Assembly (NCBI GenBank): GCA_045590175.1
Contig: JAZNQM010000172.1
Span: forward strand, 1 to 46,314
Source: Acutalibacteraceae bacterium
Lineage (GTDB): Bacteria > Bacillota > Clostridia > Oscillospirales > Acutalibacteraceae
Direction of reading: 5' to 3'
DNA length: 46,314 bases
Positions 1-9,458 of the stretch are shown one piece after another; within the stretch, counting starts at the first letter, position 1; each line of letters opens with the position of its first letter. A program made the translations under genes and the position numbers. The notes under the pieces are model-generated. The model searched no databases. It had not been told where the DNA came from and was given only the letters and a program-made list of their open reading frames with translations.

Positions 1-64
1 AGCTGAATAATTCAGCAAAACATTAAACTAAAATCTAAAGAAATTAAAATTGGAGGTACCTATC

Positions 65-439
65 ATGGCATCTGAGAAAATCACTGCTCTTGTTGAAGAG
101 GTAAAAAATCTTACTGTTCTCGAGCTTTCTGAGCTCGTATCCGCAATCGAAGAAGAATTCGGCGTATCCGCTGCAGCAGCAGTTGCAGTAGCAGCTCCCG
201 CAGCAGGCGGCGCAGCAGCTGAAGAAAAGACCGAGTTCGACGTAGTTCTTGCCGAAGCCGGCGCTGAGAAGATCAAGGTTATCAAGGTTGTTCGTGAGAT
301 CACCGGTCTTGGTCTTGCTGATGCTAAAGCTGCTGTTGAAGCTGCTCCTAAGGCTCTTAAGGAAGGCGTTTCTAAGGACGAAGCTGAAGAGCTCAAGAAG
401 AAGCTCGAAGAAGTTGGCGCTAAGGTTGAGCTTAAGTAA
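65..439 (+). CDS. rplL: 50S ribosomal protein L7/L12
   Basis: The translation [25 protein letters not shown]...Ala-rich hinge...[24 protein letters not shown] is the L7/L12 signature. GGAGG at 52-56 followed by ATG at 65 is preferred over the TTG at 50 used by the ORF track. Confidence 0.95.
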   Translation: MASEKITALVEEVKNLTVLELSELVSAIEEEFGVSAAAAVAVAAPAAGGAAAEEKTEFDVVLAEAGAEKIKVIKVVREITGLGLADAKAAVEAAPKALKEGVSKDEAEELKKKLEEVGAKVELK

Positions 440-496
440 TTTTTACTTAAATTTAATGCAACTGAATAGTTACTCGGCAGTAGCCGTGTAATGCTA

Positions 497-538
497 AAAT
501 CCCCTGTTACCGCAAGGTTTCAGGGGATTTGTTTTTTT
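497..538 (+). terminator. Rho-independent terminator after rplL
   Basis: Stem AAATCCCCTG (497-506) pairs with CAGGGGATTT (521-530) and is followed by a T7 run (532-538). Confidence 0.8.
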
Positions 539-549
539 AATGTATGATG

Positions 550-578
550 TTGACTCTGATTTTACTTTATGATAAAAT
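550..578 (+). promoter_or_regulatory. Sigma-A-type promoter for the esterase gene
   Basis: TTGACT (550-555), a 17-nt spacer, then TAAAAT (573-578) preceded by TG. It lies inside the ORF-track N-terminal extension, which argues for the 607 start. Confidence 0.45.
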
Positions 579-606
579 TTTTATATGGCTATCAGGAGGT
601 AACTAT

Positions 607-1497
607 ATGGGAAAATACAATTTTAAGGAACATACCACACTGCCGCTGTATGGCGACAATCCAATTCCTAATTACAATGCAGATTTTGCCTCAGTAGAGA
701 TTAGATATTCCAACGACGGAGGCGGAAACCTAACCGACAACAACCCCACTATTACTCCATATATGGTGGAAAATTCAAAGGGTTGCGTTGTGATATACCC
801 TGGTGGCGGATTCTTTGCAAGAACAGATTATAGCGAAGGTATACAGGTTGCTAAAGCCTACAACAAAGCGGGCATTTCTGCCTTTGTTGTGAGGTATCGC
901 ATTGGCAACCCCTCATCCCCTATTGACGGATACGACGGAGAAACAATCATTATGGATGCCCAAAGAGCTGTGCAATTTGTCAGATACAACGCAAACAAGT
1001 TCAGTGTAGACCCAGAAAAAATCGCAGTATGCGGCTTTTCAGCAGGCGGATTTTTAGCTCTTGCCACTTCACAAAAACAGATTGTCCCGAGTGCTGTTGC
1101 CGATGAAATCGGAAAAATAAGCAACAAGCCCAGCGCTGTTGTATTATGCTACGCGAGAACCAATCTCCAAAGTGGCACAGGTCTCTCCTCCCTGCCCAAC
1201 ATCCTCACTGCAAAATACTGTGAGGAAGAAAAAGCGACAAGGCTCGACTATTGGAATCCTAATCTCAACGTGAGCTCCGACCTTCCCCCTACTTTTTCCT
1301 GGGGAAGTTTGGCTGACACGGCAGACCCGCCGAAATACCATACTAATATCTACTGCGAAGAGCTTCGCAAAGCAGGTGTACCCTGCGAAGAACACATCTA
1401 CCAAAACACACCTCACGGCAAGGGATTATCTTTAGAATACGACGCAGCCGATTGGTTTTATCATTCGGTTAGATTTTTGAAAGATTTAGATTATTAA
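607..1497 (+). CDS. alpha/beta-hydrolase fold esterase (acetyl esterase/lipase-like)
   Basis: Contains the nucleophile-elbow motif GFSAGG and a C-terminal HG, with length typical of Aes-like esterases. GGAGG at 596-600 precedes the ATG at 607. Confidence 0.7.
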   Translation: MGKYNFKEHTTLPLYGDNPIPNYNADFASVEIRYSNDGGGNLTDNNPTITPYMVENSKGCVVIYPGGGFFARTDYSEGIQVAKAYNKAGISAFVVRYRIGNPSSPIDGYDGETIIMDAQRAVQFVRYNANKFSVDPEKIAVCGFSAGGFLALATSQKQIVPSAVADEIGKISNKPSAVVLCYARTNLQSGTGLSSLPNILTAKYCEEEKATRLDYWNPNLNVSSDLPPTFSWGSLADTADPPKYHTNIYCEELRKAGVPCEEHIYQNTPHGKGLSLEYDAADWFYHSVRFLKDLDY

Positions 1498-1530
1498 TTG
1501 ATACAGCAAGTTTTAATACTTATTATATGA

Positions 1531-1562
1531 AAAAGAGACGAAAATCGTTATTTTCGTCTCTT
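1531..1562. terminator. Bidirectional terminator hairpin between convergent genes
   Basis: GAGACGAAAA (1535-1544) pairs with TTTTCGTCTC (1551-1560). The hairpin is flanked by an A-run on the left and a T-rich tail on the right. Confidence 0.7.
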
Positions 1563-1569
1563 GATTTAT

Positions 1570-2871
1570 TTATTTTAATTTGATTTTCACAACCGTATCA
1601 ATAGGGTCAGGAAGCTTGCTGGTACTTTGGAGATTGAGATATACTATATCACTGTAATGACAGGTTACTAAATGCTCCCTACCACTAGGCATATCAGGTT
1701 TTACTCCATTGCAAAGAAGAGCTATGCTTTCGATCTCATCGAAGCTGAAATTATAAATTGGATCAAGTGTAACGTTTTTATCCATAATGTGATAATATAC
1801 CGTTTTTCCTTTTCCCGTCAGGAATCCGTTTTCGGGTTTCGGTCTGCTGACTGCTGTGCAACCGTAGACAGACTCTCCATTTATTTTTAGCCATTCGCCT
1901 AGCTTTTTCAAAACCTCAACCGTATCTTGGGCTATATTTCCTTTTGCATCTGGAGCAATACCCATCAGCACATTGCCTCCCTTTGAAACAACGTTTATGA
2001 TGCATTTGATGAGTTGATCCAAAGATTTTGCTCCTGTATCATCTTGGCGGTACGACCAAGCTTCACTGACTGTGAAGCAACTCTCCCAAGGTAGTAGTTC
2101 ACCCTTGTAGTCACGGCATCCGTCATAAGGAACAATGCTTTCCGCCCCGATAAAATCACCACAATACTCCTTAGGTTCTTTTTCGCCTAATGAGCCGAAG
2201 TATCCGTCGTGTGCGTCAAGCCGAGCATTTATAATAATTTCGGGCTGTATGGAGCGAACCATACGGGTAAGTTCTGTTGCCTTCCACATCTCCCCTACCA
2301 TATCATCGTAGGAATAGTCGAACCACAGCAAATCAATTTTGCCGTAGTTGGTAAGAAGCTCACACACCTGATTGTGCATATATTCTAAATAATTATCAAA
2401 ATTTATACCTTCAAATCTGTCGACCCCATCCTTTCTGTTGGGATGTATGCGGTCGCGAGGATAATCGGGATGATCCCAATCCAGCAAGGAATAATATATT
2501 CCAACCTTTATTCCCTCGTCCCTGAAAGCCTCTACATATTCCTTTATCAGGTCTCGTTTTGAAGGAGTATTTGTGCTTTTAAACTCTGTAAACTTTGAAT
2601 CAAAAAGGCAAAAGCCGTCGTGATGCTTTGCTGTCATTACTGCATACTTTATACCGGATTTCTTGGCTAATTTTGCCCATTCTTTGGGGTTGTACATATC
2701 CACTGTAAAGTCGTTCATTAGCTTGCGGTAATCTTCGTCCGAGAAATTAAACCTTGTTCTGCACCATTCACCTTTACCGATTAAGGCATAGAGTCCCCAA
2801 TGTATAAACATACCCAATCGGTCGTTTGTGAACCATTTTACGCGTTCTTTATGCTTTTCCATATCTAACAT
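1570..2871 (-). CDS. alpha-L-fucosidase (GH29)
   Basis: The N-terminus KWFTNDRLGMFIHWGLYALIGKGEW, together with AKHHDGFCLFDS, is characteristic of GH29. Its ATG overlaps the upstream stop as TAATG. Confidence 0.85.
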   Translation of the reverse strand: MLDMEKHKERVKWFTNDRLGMFIHWGLYALIGKGEWCRTRFNFSDEDYRKLMNDFTVDMYNPKEWAKLAKKSGIKYAVMTAKHHDGFCLFDSKFTEFKSTNTPSKRDLIKEYVEAFRDEGIKVGIYYSLLDWDHPDYPRDRIHPNRKDGVDRFEGINFDNYLEYMHNQVCELLTNYGKIDLLWFDYSYDDMVGEMWKATELTRMVRSIQPEIIINARLDAHDGYFGSLGEKEPKEYCGDFIGAESIVPYDGCRDYKGELLPWESCFTVSEAWSYRQDDTGAKSLDQLIKCIINVVSKGGNVLMGIAPDAKGNIAQDTVEVLKKLGEWLKINGESVYGCTAVSRPKPENGFLTGKGKTVYYHIMDKNVTLDPIYNFSFDEIESIALLCNGVKPDMPSGREHLVTCHYSDIVYLNLQSTSKLPDPIDTVVKIKLK

Positions 2872-3680
2872 TACTCGCCTCTCCTTTTATTAAGACTTCT
2901 TATCATATCTCTTAAATATTTGAAGCTTGTTTGAGGATCAATAAAGTCATTCCAAGTTTCTATAGAAAGATTCACATCTTTGTCAACAGCCTCCATAGTA
3001 TACTTCAAAAACTCTACGTACTGCTCCTCTTCTCCATCATCGGGCATAGGTGGATCGCCGTTTTTAAGGCTTGAAATATGAAGATGCGACAAATATCCTT
3101 TATATTCTTTGAGCCTTCTCACATCATCTTCTTCTGCAAATAAGTGGTAATAATCCGCAACAAGTCTTACATTGTCCCTGTTTATTTTTTGAACAAGCTC
3201 GAAGCCTTCGCTCGAGTTGATTATGACATCGGTCTGGGTAGATCGAAGAGGTTCTATGGCAATAACATAACCATAGTTTTGGGCAAGAGGAGAAAGAAAA
3301 TCCCCTATGAATTCTGTGATTAAAGCACGACCATATTCTGGGGTAAATTCACCCTCAGTTGCACGGCTATATCCACTGCCAAAGGTTAAATGACGCAAGT
3401 TGGTAGAGGCAAATCTTTCGAAGCTTCGCTTAGCAAATTCTTTGGTTGATTCTCTTATCTTGCCGTTTTCATATAAACGCTCACGTCCGAAAAGTCCGCA
3501 TCCGTATTCCATAGGTAAACCGTTTGCCTCGGTTGCGGCAACAATGTCGCGGAATTTTGCTTCGTCAAGATTTGCAAGCAGATAGTAGTTTATCTCTAAA
3601 AAATCCACTCCTGCCGCCTTAAAGATCGGCAGCTTATCATACTGTCCGTGGTCGAAACTGTGAAAAACGCCTAATTTCAT
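2871..3680 (-). CDS. xylose-isomerase-like TIM-barrel protein (sugar phosphate isomerase/epimerase family)
   Basis: 269 aa with the family-typical pattern IEPL...DYYH...HLHIS...SIE. Confidence 0.6.
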   Translation of the reverse strand: MKLGVFHSFDHGQYDKLPIFKAAGVDFLEINYYLLANLDEAKFRDIVAATEANGLPMEYGCGLFGRERLYENGKIRESTKEFAKRSFERFASTNLRHLTFGSGYSRATEGEFTPEYGRALITEFIGDFLSPLAQNYGYVIAIEPLRSTQTDVIINSSEGFELVQKINRDNVRLVADYYHLFAEEDDVRRLKEYKGYLSHLHISSLKNGDPPMPDDGEEEQYVEFLKYTMEAVDKDVNLSIETWNDFIDPQTSFKYLRDMIRSLNKRRGE

Positions 3681-3691
3681 ATCAATACTCC

Positions 3692-4867
3692 TTATAAATT
3701 AAATCCTATCATATCAATTTCGCAAATATCTCTCTTGCCTCGATGAAAGCTATCAAAAGATATCTTACTGCCGTCAGGATTGAATCTTGCGTGAAGGTCA
3801 CAGCGAATATCTTCAACATCGGGTACAATGGTTTTTGAGGAAAGCAATATACTTGACCTGCCGCTTTGCAGATTCTTTATCCATATATGACGATAGCCTT
3901 CATCATCCGGATAGCCGTCTCCGATAAGATATTTACTGTTCGGTGAAAGCGAGCAATGTATGTCCCTCGAAGTGTCAGAAAATTCGCCACAGATATTGAC
4001 AAAACTGCCGTCAGGTTCATTTATGCTATACACACCCCATTTATCGGCGCCGTTTGGCTGGCAGTAGGCAATGATAGTTTTATCGTCTGCCCACCAATAG
4101 TGTGAAACCATCGTATCTTTGTAAACTATCCGCATATTACCCTTAAGGTCCGCCGTGATAAGCGAGGTACTCCACCACTTACTGCTTCCTGCTTGCGGGA
4201 AATCACGTAGCAGAAACAGAAATCTGTTGCCGCTTGGATTAAAGGTTATGTGATTAACAACAAACTTGGCATTCTCTTTGCCCTCAATAGGAAATTCCTT
4301 AAGCATTCGCTTGTAGTCAATAATAAGTTTCTTAGTTCCTGCCAGAAAATCACAAAGAAATATGCCGTCCTCTGAGGGTAAAGGGAAATCAAAATACGGG
4401 TCCTTAGTGTTACAGTAGCCATAGCCGGGACGGAAATCCCAGATTCTGTTGAAATTTACCGAAAGCCCATAACGGCCATCTCGTGAAACGGTGGCAGAAG
4501 CACCATCAAAGGTTTCGACTTTTCCATCTGACAGTTTCCTCTTAACGGTCTTATATTCACCATCTGCTTTGTCATAAATATTATAGAACACATCATCACT
4601 ACTGCCGTATTTGAACTGCAGAAAAGAGCCCTGCTGAAAACACCAGCAATCATTACTCTCAAATGAAGTGAAAATCCCGTCCTTCAAAAAGCCCAGCTCT
4701 AACTTATCCTTTTTGGTGTTAAGGCGGTGAGTAAAGGGTAATTTGTTTGCAAGATGGATTCTTCCATCTGCACTGTAGGCAGGAATGTCGTAATAGCCGA
4801 AGAAGAAATCCCCCTCTTCGGGATTCAGGTATTTTACATCGCATAGATTATTTTTAACACCTATCAT
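3692..4867 (-). CDS. hypothetical protein, probable beta-propeller fold
   Basis: A 391-aa ORF with repeated Gly/Asp/aromatic blade-like segments (SADGR, SRDGR, NPSGN, NPDGS). I cannot assign a family from sequence alone. Confidence 0.6.
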   Translation of the reverse strand: MIGVKNNLCDVKYLNPEEGDFFFGYYDIPAYSADGRIHLANKLPFTHRLNTKKDKLELGFLKDGIFTSFESNDCWCFQQGSFLQFKYGSSDDVFYNIYDKADGEYKTVKRKLSDGKVETFDGASATVSRDGRYGLSVNFNRIWDFRPGYGYCNTKDPYFDFPLPSEDGIFLCDFLAGTKKLIIDYKRMLKEFPIEGKENAKFVVNHITFNPSGNRFLFLLRDFPQAGSSKWWSTSLITADLKGNMRIVYKDTMVSHYWWADDKTIIAYCQPNGADKWGVYSINEPDGSFVNICGEFSDTSRDIHCSLSPNSKYLIGDGYPDDEGYRHIWIKNLQSGRSSILLSSKTIVPDVEDIRCDLHARFNPDGSKISFDSFHRGKRDICEIDMIGFNL

Positions 4868-5022
4868 AAGATGATCGCCCCCTTTTAATTTGATTATATT
4901 GTAAAGAAGCAGTTACATCAATGTAATATGGTGTGCATTTGATGTAAAATATCGTTAATTTCCTTTACTTTTCGTAAAAAATAATGTATGATTTAGTTAG
5001 AACTTAAAATCAGGTGATGCAA

Positions 5023-5787
5023 ATGTCAATTAAATGCACATATTTTACAGGTTGCTATAATGATTTGGAAGCTGCGCACACCCAATCCGATCGCTGTTTC
5101 CCTTTTACCGATATAGTTTTTGTTATAAATGGCACCTACCGATGCACCATAGAAAAACAGGAAGTGGTAGTAACAGATGGTGAAGCGGTGGTTGTCCCGC
5201 CTTTTTTCAGACACGATATAGAGGTGGCGAACAACACGCGGTTAAGTTGGGTGCACATCGAAGCCTGCGAGGAGGGAAAGGATATACTTTTTAATTATGA
5301 CTTCCCCTTCCTTTTCACGGGCAAAAAAGCAGAAGAACTACACAAAAATCTTAAAACGCTTATCTGCAATACCTCGCAGGACAGCCACTTTCGGCAGATA
5401 GTAACCTATAAATGTATTTGTGATATATATTCACGCATAATAAAAGAATCTAAAAAAATCTGCCACAATATACCAGATCAGGCAGTAATAAATGGAACTC
5501 GCAGAAAAATCGAACATCATCCTGCCGATAATTACAGTCTGCCACTTCTTGCTAAAAGTGTGAATCTTTCGGTTAGTACATTTACAAAGCGCTTCAAAAG
5601 TCTTTGCGGTGTCACACCGCTTGAATATGTAATGGAGTGCCGAATCAAAGCTGCCGCTAAAATGCTGCTTGAAGGCAAAAGTATAAAATGTATTGCGGAT
5701 GAGTTAGGCTTTTATGACAGCTATCATTTTTCTAAACAATTTAAAAAACGAATGGGCTGTTCTCCAAGTCAATACAGAACAAAATAA
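5023..5787 (+). CDS. AraC-family transcriptional regulator (cupin sensor plus HTH)
   Basis: The C-terminal region LAKSVNLSVSTFTKRFKSLCGVTP...GFYDSYHFSKQFKKRMGCSPSQYR is the AraC HTH signature. AGGTGA at 5012-5017 favours the ATG at 5023. Confidence 0.85.
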   Translation: MSIKCTYFTGCYNDLEAAHTQSDRCFPFTDIVFVINGTYRCTIEKQEVVVTDGEAVVVPPFFRHDIEVANNTRLSWVHIEACEEGKDILFNYDFPFLFTGKKAEELHKNLKTLICNTSQDSHFRQIVTYKCICDIYSRIIKESKKICHNIPDQAVINGTRRKIEHHPADNYSLPLLAKSVNLSVSTFTKRFKSLCGVTPLEYVMECRIKAAAKMLLEGKSIKCIADELGFYDSYHFSKQFKKRMGCSPSQYRTK

Positions 5788-5795
5788 AAGACACA

Positions 5796-5828
5796 AAGCG
5801 ACGGAAAGGTTGATTCCGTCGCTTTTTT
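5796..5828 (+). terminator. Rho-independent terminator after the AraC gene
   Basis: AAGCGACGGAA (5796-5806) pairs with TTCCGTCGCTT (5814-5824) and runs into a T-run ending at 5828. Confidence 0.75.
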
Positions 5829-5858
5829 GCGTTTATTTGATTAGTTTCTCGTTTGATT

Positions 5859-6656
5859 TTAAGAAACCAATTCTATGCACTTTTTAGGGCATTTTTCGGC
5901 ACATTTACCGCAGAGAGTACACTTGGTGTAGTCGATACGTGCCAGATTGTTTTCAACTTTTATAGCGTCAAATTCACACTGCTTTACACAAAGTCCGCAA
6001 CCTATACAGGCAACCTTACAAGCTTTGTTAGCTGCGGCACCCTTATCGGTATTGCTGCAGTTAACCTCCATATGGCGGGGGGCTTTGGGTACCAGGTCAA
6101 TAATGTGGCGGGGGCAGGTGTTGACACAGCTACCGCAACCGTTACAAAGGTCGGGGTCGGCTTCTGCTACACCGTTGGCATTAATCTTAATGCCATTGTT
6201 AGTGCAAGCCTTGGCACAGTCGCCAAGTCCGAGACAACCGAAGGCACAGGAGTTATCTCCACCTAAGAAGCCCGACAAGGCGGCACAGCTCTGCACACCT
6301 CGATACTGGAATTTTTTGGTGGTGTTTTCGCAGCCGCCGTTACAACGAACGTAGGCATACTTTTCCACAAACTCCCCTGCTTCTACACCCATAATCTTGG
6401 ATATAGCGGCAACGGTGTCGGCACCACCCGGGGCACACAGATTAGTGGGTGCTTCGCCTTTGGCTACTGCTTCAGCGTAGGCATCACAGCCGGAATATCC
6501 GCAACCGCCACAGTTGGCACCAGGCAGGGCTTCGCGGACCGCCACCATTTTTTCGTCTTGGGGAACCTCTAAAACAACAGAAGCGATTGAAAGTCCTATA
6601 CCTGCTATAACGCCGATAACCGAAACTACAATTACTGCTAAAATTATTCCATCCAT
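5859..6656 (-). CDS. rnfB: Rnf complex subunit B (polyferredoxin)
   Basis: It has an N-terminal TM helix, a CGGCGYSGC cluster, and several CxxCxxCxxxCP ferredoxin motifs. It is the last gene of the rnf cluster. Confidence 0.9.
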   Translation of the reverse strand: MDGIILAVIVVSVIGVIAGIGLSIASVVLEVPQDEKMVAVREALPGANCGGCGYSGCDAYAEAVAKGEAPTNLCAPGGADTVAAISKIMGVEAGEFVEKYAYVRCNGGCENTTKKFQYRGVQSCAALSGFLGGDNSCAFGCLGLGDCAKACTNNGIKINANGVAEADPDLCNGCGSCVNTCPRHIIDLVPKAPRHMEVNCSNTDKGAAANKACKVACIGCGLCVKQCEFDAIKVENNLARIDYTKCTLCGKCAEKCPKKCIELVS

Positions 6657-6668
6657 TGCGGCACCTCC

Positions 6669-7256
6669 TTAAACAATACCCGCAAAGCCTAAGAAAGAAA
6701 GGGCTACGATTGCGGCAGATATGAGTGTTATGGGAAGTCCTTTTAAAGATTCGGGAATGTCACTGCTTTCCAGTCTGCCACGGACACCTGCAAAGATGAC
6801 CATTGCAACAAGGAAGCCGAGACCTGCACCTAAAGCGTTGACTATTGCCTCAAGGAAATTGGAAACTCTGGGGCTTGTAAAGTTAAGAATGGTGATACCA
6901 AGCACGGCACAGTTGGTGGTGATAAGAGGGAGATATATTCCCAAAGCCTGATAGAGAGGCGGGATAAAACGCTTAAGCACGATTTCTACCAGCTGAACCA
7001 ATGCGGCAATTATAAGGATAAACACGATGGTCTGAAGGTAGCCTAAATCATTGGGAAGGAGAATGCTTGCGTATATCGGGTAGGTAACGGCGGTTGCCAT
7101 AACCATAACAAATATAACGGCAAAGCTCATTGATACGGCTGTGTTGGTTTTTTTGGAAACACCGAGGAAGGGGCAGATACCAAGAAATTTGGCGAGAACC
7201 ATATTCTCGGTGAGGATGCCCGCCAAGAGTATTGTTACAATATTAGTTAAACTCAT
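6669..7256 (-). CDS. rnfA: Rnf complex subunit A
   Basis: A 195-aa polytopic membrane protein paralogous to the adjacent RnfE. It sits in the conserved rnf order. Confidence 0.9.
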   Translation of the reverse strand: MSLTNIVTILLAGILTENMVLAKFLGICPFLGVSKKTNTAVSMSFAVIFVMVMATAVTYPIYASILLPNDLGYLQTIVFILIIAALVQLVEIVLKRFIPPLYQALGIYLPLITTNCAVLGITILNFTSPRVSNFLEAIVNALGAGLGFLVAMVIFAGVRGRLESSDIPESLKGLPITLISAAIVALSFLGFAGIV

Positions 7257-7939
7257 TATGCACCCTCCTTTTCACTACTGCCGCAGTTGGCACAGTCGCC
7301 GTGACATCCGTCACAACCGAGCTTTTTAACGGGCTTTCTGCCCAGCTTTACGGCGACCTTATTAGCAAGTGCCACAAGCACACCGAACACAAAGAAGCCA
7401 CCGGGAGGAAGAAGCATAACGGTTAAGGGTGTTGTGGTGACAGTGAAGGCAAGAGGAGTTCCTGCAAACACTGTGCCGCCGCCGATAAGCTCGCGGATAA
7501 AGCCCATAAGGAACAGTGCTAAAGTAAAGCCGAGACCCATACCTATTCCATCGAGAACGGAATCAAAGGCGGTGTTCTTGCTTGCAAACATTTCGGCACG
7601 CGCCAAAATAATACAGTTAACAACTATAAGAGGAAGGTATATACCGAGAGATTTGTCGAGAGCGGGGGCAAAAGCCTTAACCAGCATCTGAACAATTGTA
7701 ACAAAACCTGCGATAACAGTTATGTATGCAGGGATTCTTACTCTGTCGGGAATTACCTTACGCAGCAGAGAAATTGTAAGGTTCGAGCAAATGAGCACCA
7801 AGGTAGCCGCAACACCCATACCAATACCGTTTAAGGCGGAGGTAGAAACAGCCAAGGTAGGACAGGTGCCCAGCATAAGTCTTAAAACGGGGTTCTCTTT
7901 GATAATACCATTAGTTAAAACAGAGGTTCTTTTTCCCAT
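7256..7939 (-). CDS. rnfE: Rnf complex subunit E
   Basis: The N-terminus NGIIKENPVLRLMLGTCPTLAVS matches the RnfE/NqrD family. It carries an extra Cys-rich C-terminal tail. Confidence 0.9.
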   Translation of the reverse strand: MGKRTSVLTNGIIKENPVLRLMLGTCPTLAVSTSALNGIGMGVAATLVLICSNLTISLLRKVIPDRVRIPAYITVIAGFVTIVQMLVKAFAPALDKSLGIYLPLIVVNCIILARAEMFASKNTAFDSVLDGIGMGLGFTLALFLMGFIRELIGGGTVFAGTPLAFTVTTTPLTVMLLPPGGFFVFGVLVALANKVAVKLGRKPVKKLGCDGCHGDCANCGSSEKEGA

Positions 7940-8505
7940 TATTTATTACCTCCTTTAACTTCTTCGTATAGTTTGAGGGCGGTGTTTACGTCGTTGATAA
8001 CCGCCTTGGTGGTGATGGTAGCACCTGTGAGGGCATCTACATCCTTATTTTTCTCTGTGGAGATTACACCGCTTTTACCACTGAATTGATTGGTAAATTC
8101 AGGCTTTGTTGCCGCCTGACCGAGACCCGGGGTTTCATCGGCAACAGAGAGAATCTTTATGGCTTTTACAGTGCCGTCAGCATTGACACCCGTCATAACC
8201 CTTACCTCTCCGCCGTAGCCCGAAGTGGCAGTTGTGAAGACATAACCCACGATCTCTCCGTTTACAGAAGCAACTGAATAGGCGTATTCTGCTTCATTAA
8301 GCTTTATTGGATCGCCTTCGGAAAATTCAGTACCTTTATCGGTGAAGATTTCAGCCATTGCGGCATTGGAATTTTTCTTGTCGTTTTCAGCAATTTTATC
8401 CTTTGTGATGTCGTTGGTAAATGCCAAAGCGGCAGAGATTACCAAGCAAATGACAACAAGGACGATGGAAGGAACGGCAATGTTCTTTACGGTAGGTTTA
8501 GCCAT
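7939..8505 (-). CDS. rnfG: Rnf complex subunit G (FMN-binding)
   Basis: It has a single TM helix, then an FMN_bind-type domain with the SGATITT-like motif LTGATITTKAV. The start is set at the ATG 8505 (MAKPTVKN), which follows GGAGG and overlaps the rnfD stop. Confidence 0.85.
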   Translation of the reverse strand: MAKPTVKNIAVPSIVLVVICLVISAALAFTNDITKDKIAENDKKNSNAAMAEIFTDKGTEFSEGDPIKLNEAEYAYSVASVNGEIVGYVFTTATSGYGGEVRVMTGVNADGTVKAIKILSVADETPGLGQAATKPEFTNQFSGKSGVISTEKNKDVDALTGATITTKAVINDVNTALKLYEEVKGGNK

Positions 8506-9445
8506 TTTTCTTTGCCTCCCATCCAAAAGGTTTTCTGCGGGTGATTTTCTCAATATGAGGCACCAGCAAATTCATAAGAAGAATGGAGTAAGAAACGCCC
8601 TCGGGCAATGCTCCAAACTGACGAATTACAACGGTTATAATACCGCAACCGATACCAAAAATGATTTTACCTAAAGTGTTGTGAGGGCTGGTTACGTAAT
8701 CGGTTGCCATAAAGATTGCACCAAGCATAACGCCGCCCGAAAGTATAGCCGCCAGAGGGTCAATGCCAAGAATGGCACTGAATACTGCTACTGTGCCGAT
8801 GAAGCTAAGGGGAATTGCGGGAGTAATTACCTTTCTTAACACGAGGTAAACACCGCCGATGATAAGAGCTAAGGCACAGGTTTCACCGATACAGCCGCCG
8901 TGGTTACCTAAAAGTAACGTAAGATAGCTTGGTGAATAACTCGTCAAGAGAGATTCTGCCGCCAAAGGAGTTGCAGTTGAAACTGCATCAAGGGAAGGGT
9001 TCAGCCAAGCAAAGGGCTCTACCCAATTTGTCATAGCCGTTGCGAAGGACATCATAAGAACAATTCTGCCCACGATAGCGGGGTTGGCAAAGTTCTGACC
9101 CAAGCCGCCGAACATCATTTTCACAACCACAATGGCAATTGCACTGCCCAATGCCGCCATCCATACAGGAAGGGTTGGTGGCAGATTGAGACCCAGCAAA
9201 AGACCCGTTACAACAGCAGAAAGATTGCCGATAGAGTTGGGCTTTTTCATTATCTTACAGCAGATGAATTCAGCCAACACTGCCGATAGTATTGATGCGG
9301 CAAGAACGGCTATAGCACGGGGGCCAAAGTAAACTATACCGACCAAGGTGGCAGGTAAAAGAGCAAATATAACATCCAGCATTATACCCGAGGTTGTGGT
9401 TTTAGACACAACATGGGGGGAATGCTGTACCATTTTTAAATCCAT
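8498..9445 (-). CDS. rnfD: Rnf complex subunit D
   Basis: A 315-aa polytopic membrane protein of the RnfD/NqrB family (SPHV...FATDYVTSP-like FMATDYVTSP). Confidence 0.9.
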   Translation of the reverse strand: MDLKMVQHSPHVVSKTTTSGIMLDVIFALLPATLVGIVYFGPRAIAVLAASILSAVLAEFICCKIMKKPNSIGNLSAVVTGLLLGLNLPPTLPVWMAALGSAIAIVVVKMMFGGLGQNFANPAIVGRIVLMMSFATAMTNWVEPFAWLNPSLDAVSTATPLAAESLLTSYSPSYLTLLLGNHGGCIGETCALALIIGGVYLVLRKVITPAIPLSFIGTVAVFSAILGIDPLAAILSGGVMLGAIFMATDYVTSPHNTLGKIIFGIGCGIITVVIRQFGALPEGVSYSILLMNLLVPHIEKITRRKPFGWEAKKNG

Positions 9446-9458
9446 TTTTCCTACCTCC

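Noticed and set aside
28-396. A 122-aa minus-strand ORF opposite rplL.
   Set aside because: It is the Ala/Ser-rich shadow of the Ala-rich L7/L12 gene.
544-606. The long start for the esterase (MMLTLILLYDK...).
   Set aside because: The extension overlaps a good -35/-10 promoter and has no SD. GGAGG precedes the ATG at 607.
5853-6354. Two overlapping plus-strand ORFs (137 and 135 aa) opposite rnfB.
   Set aside because: They are shadow ORFs caused by the GC-rich Cys/Gly codons of the ferredoxin repeats.
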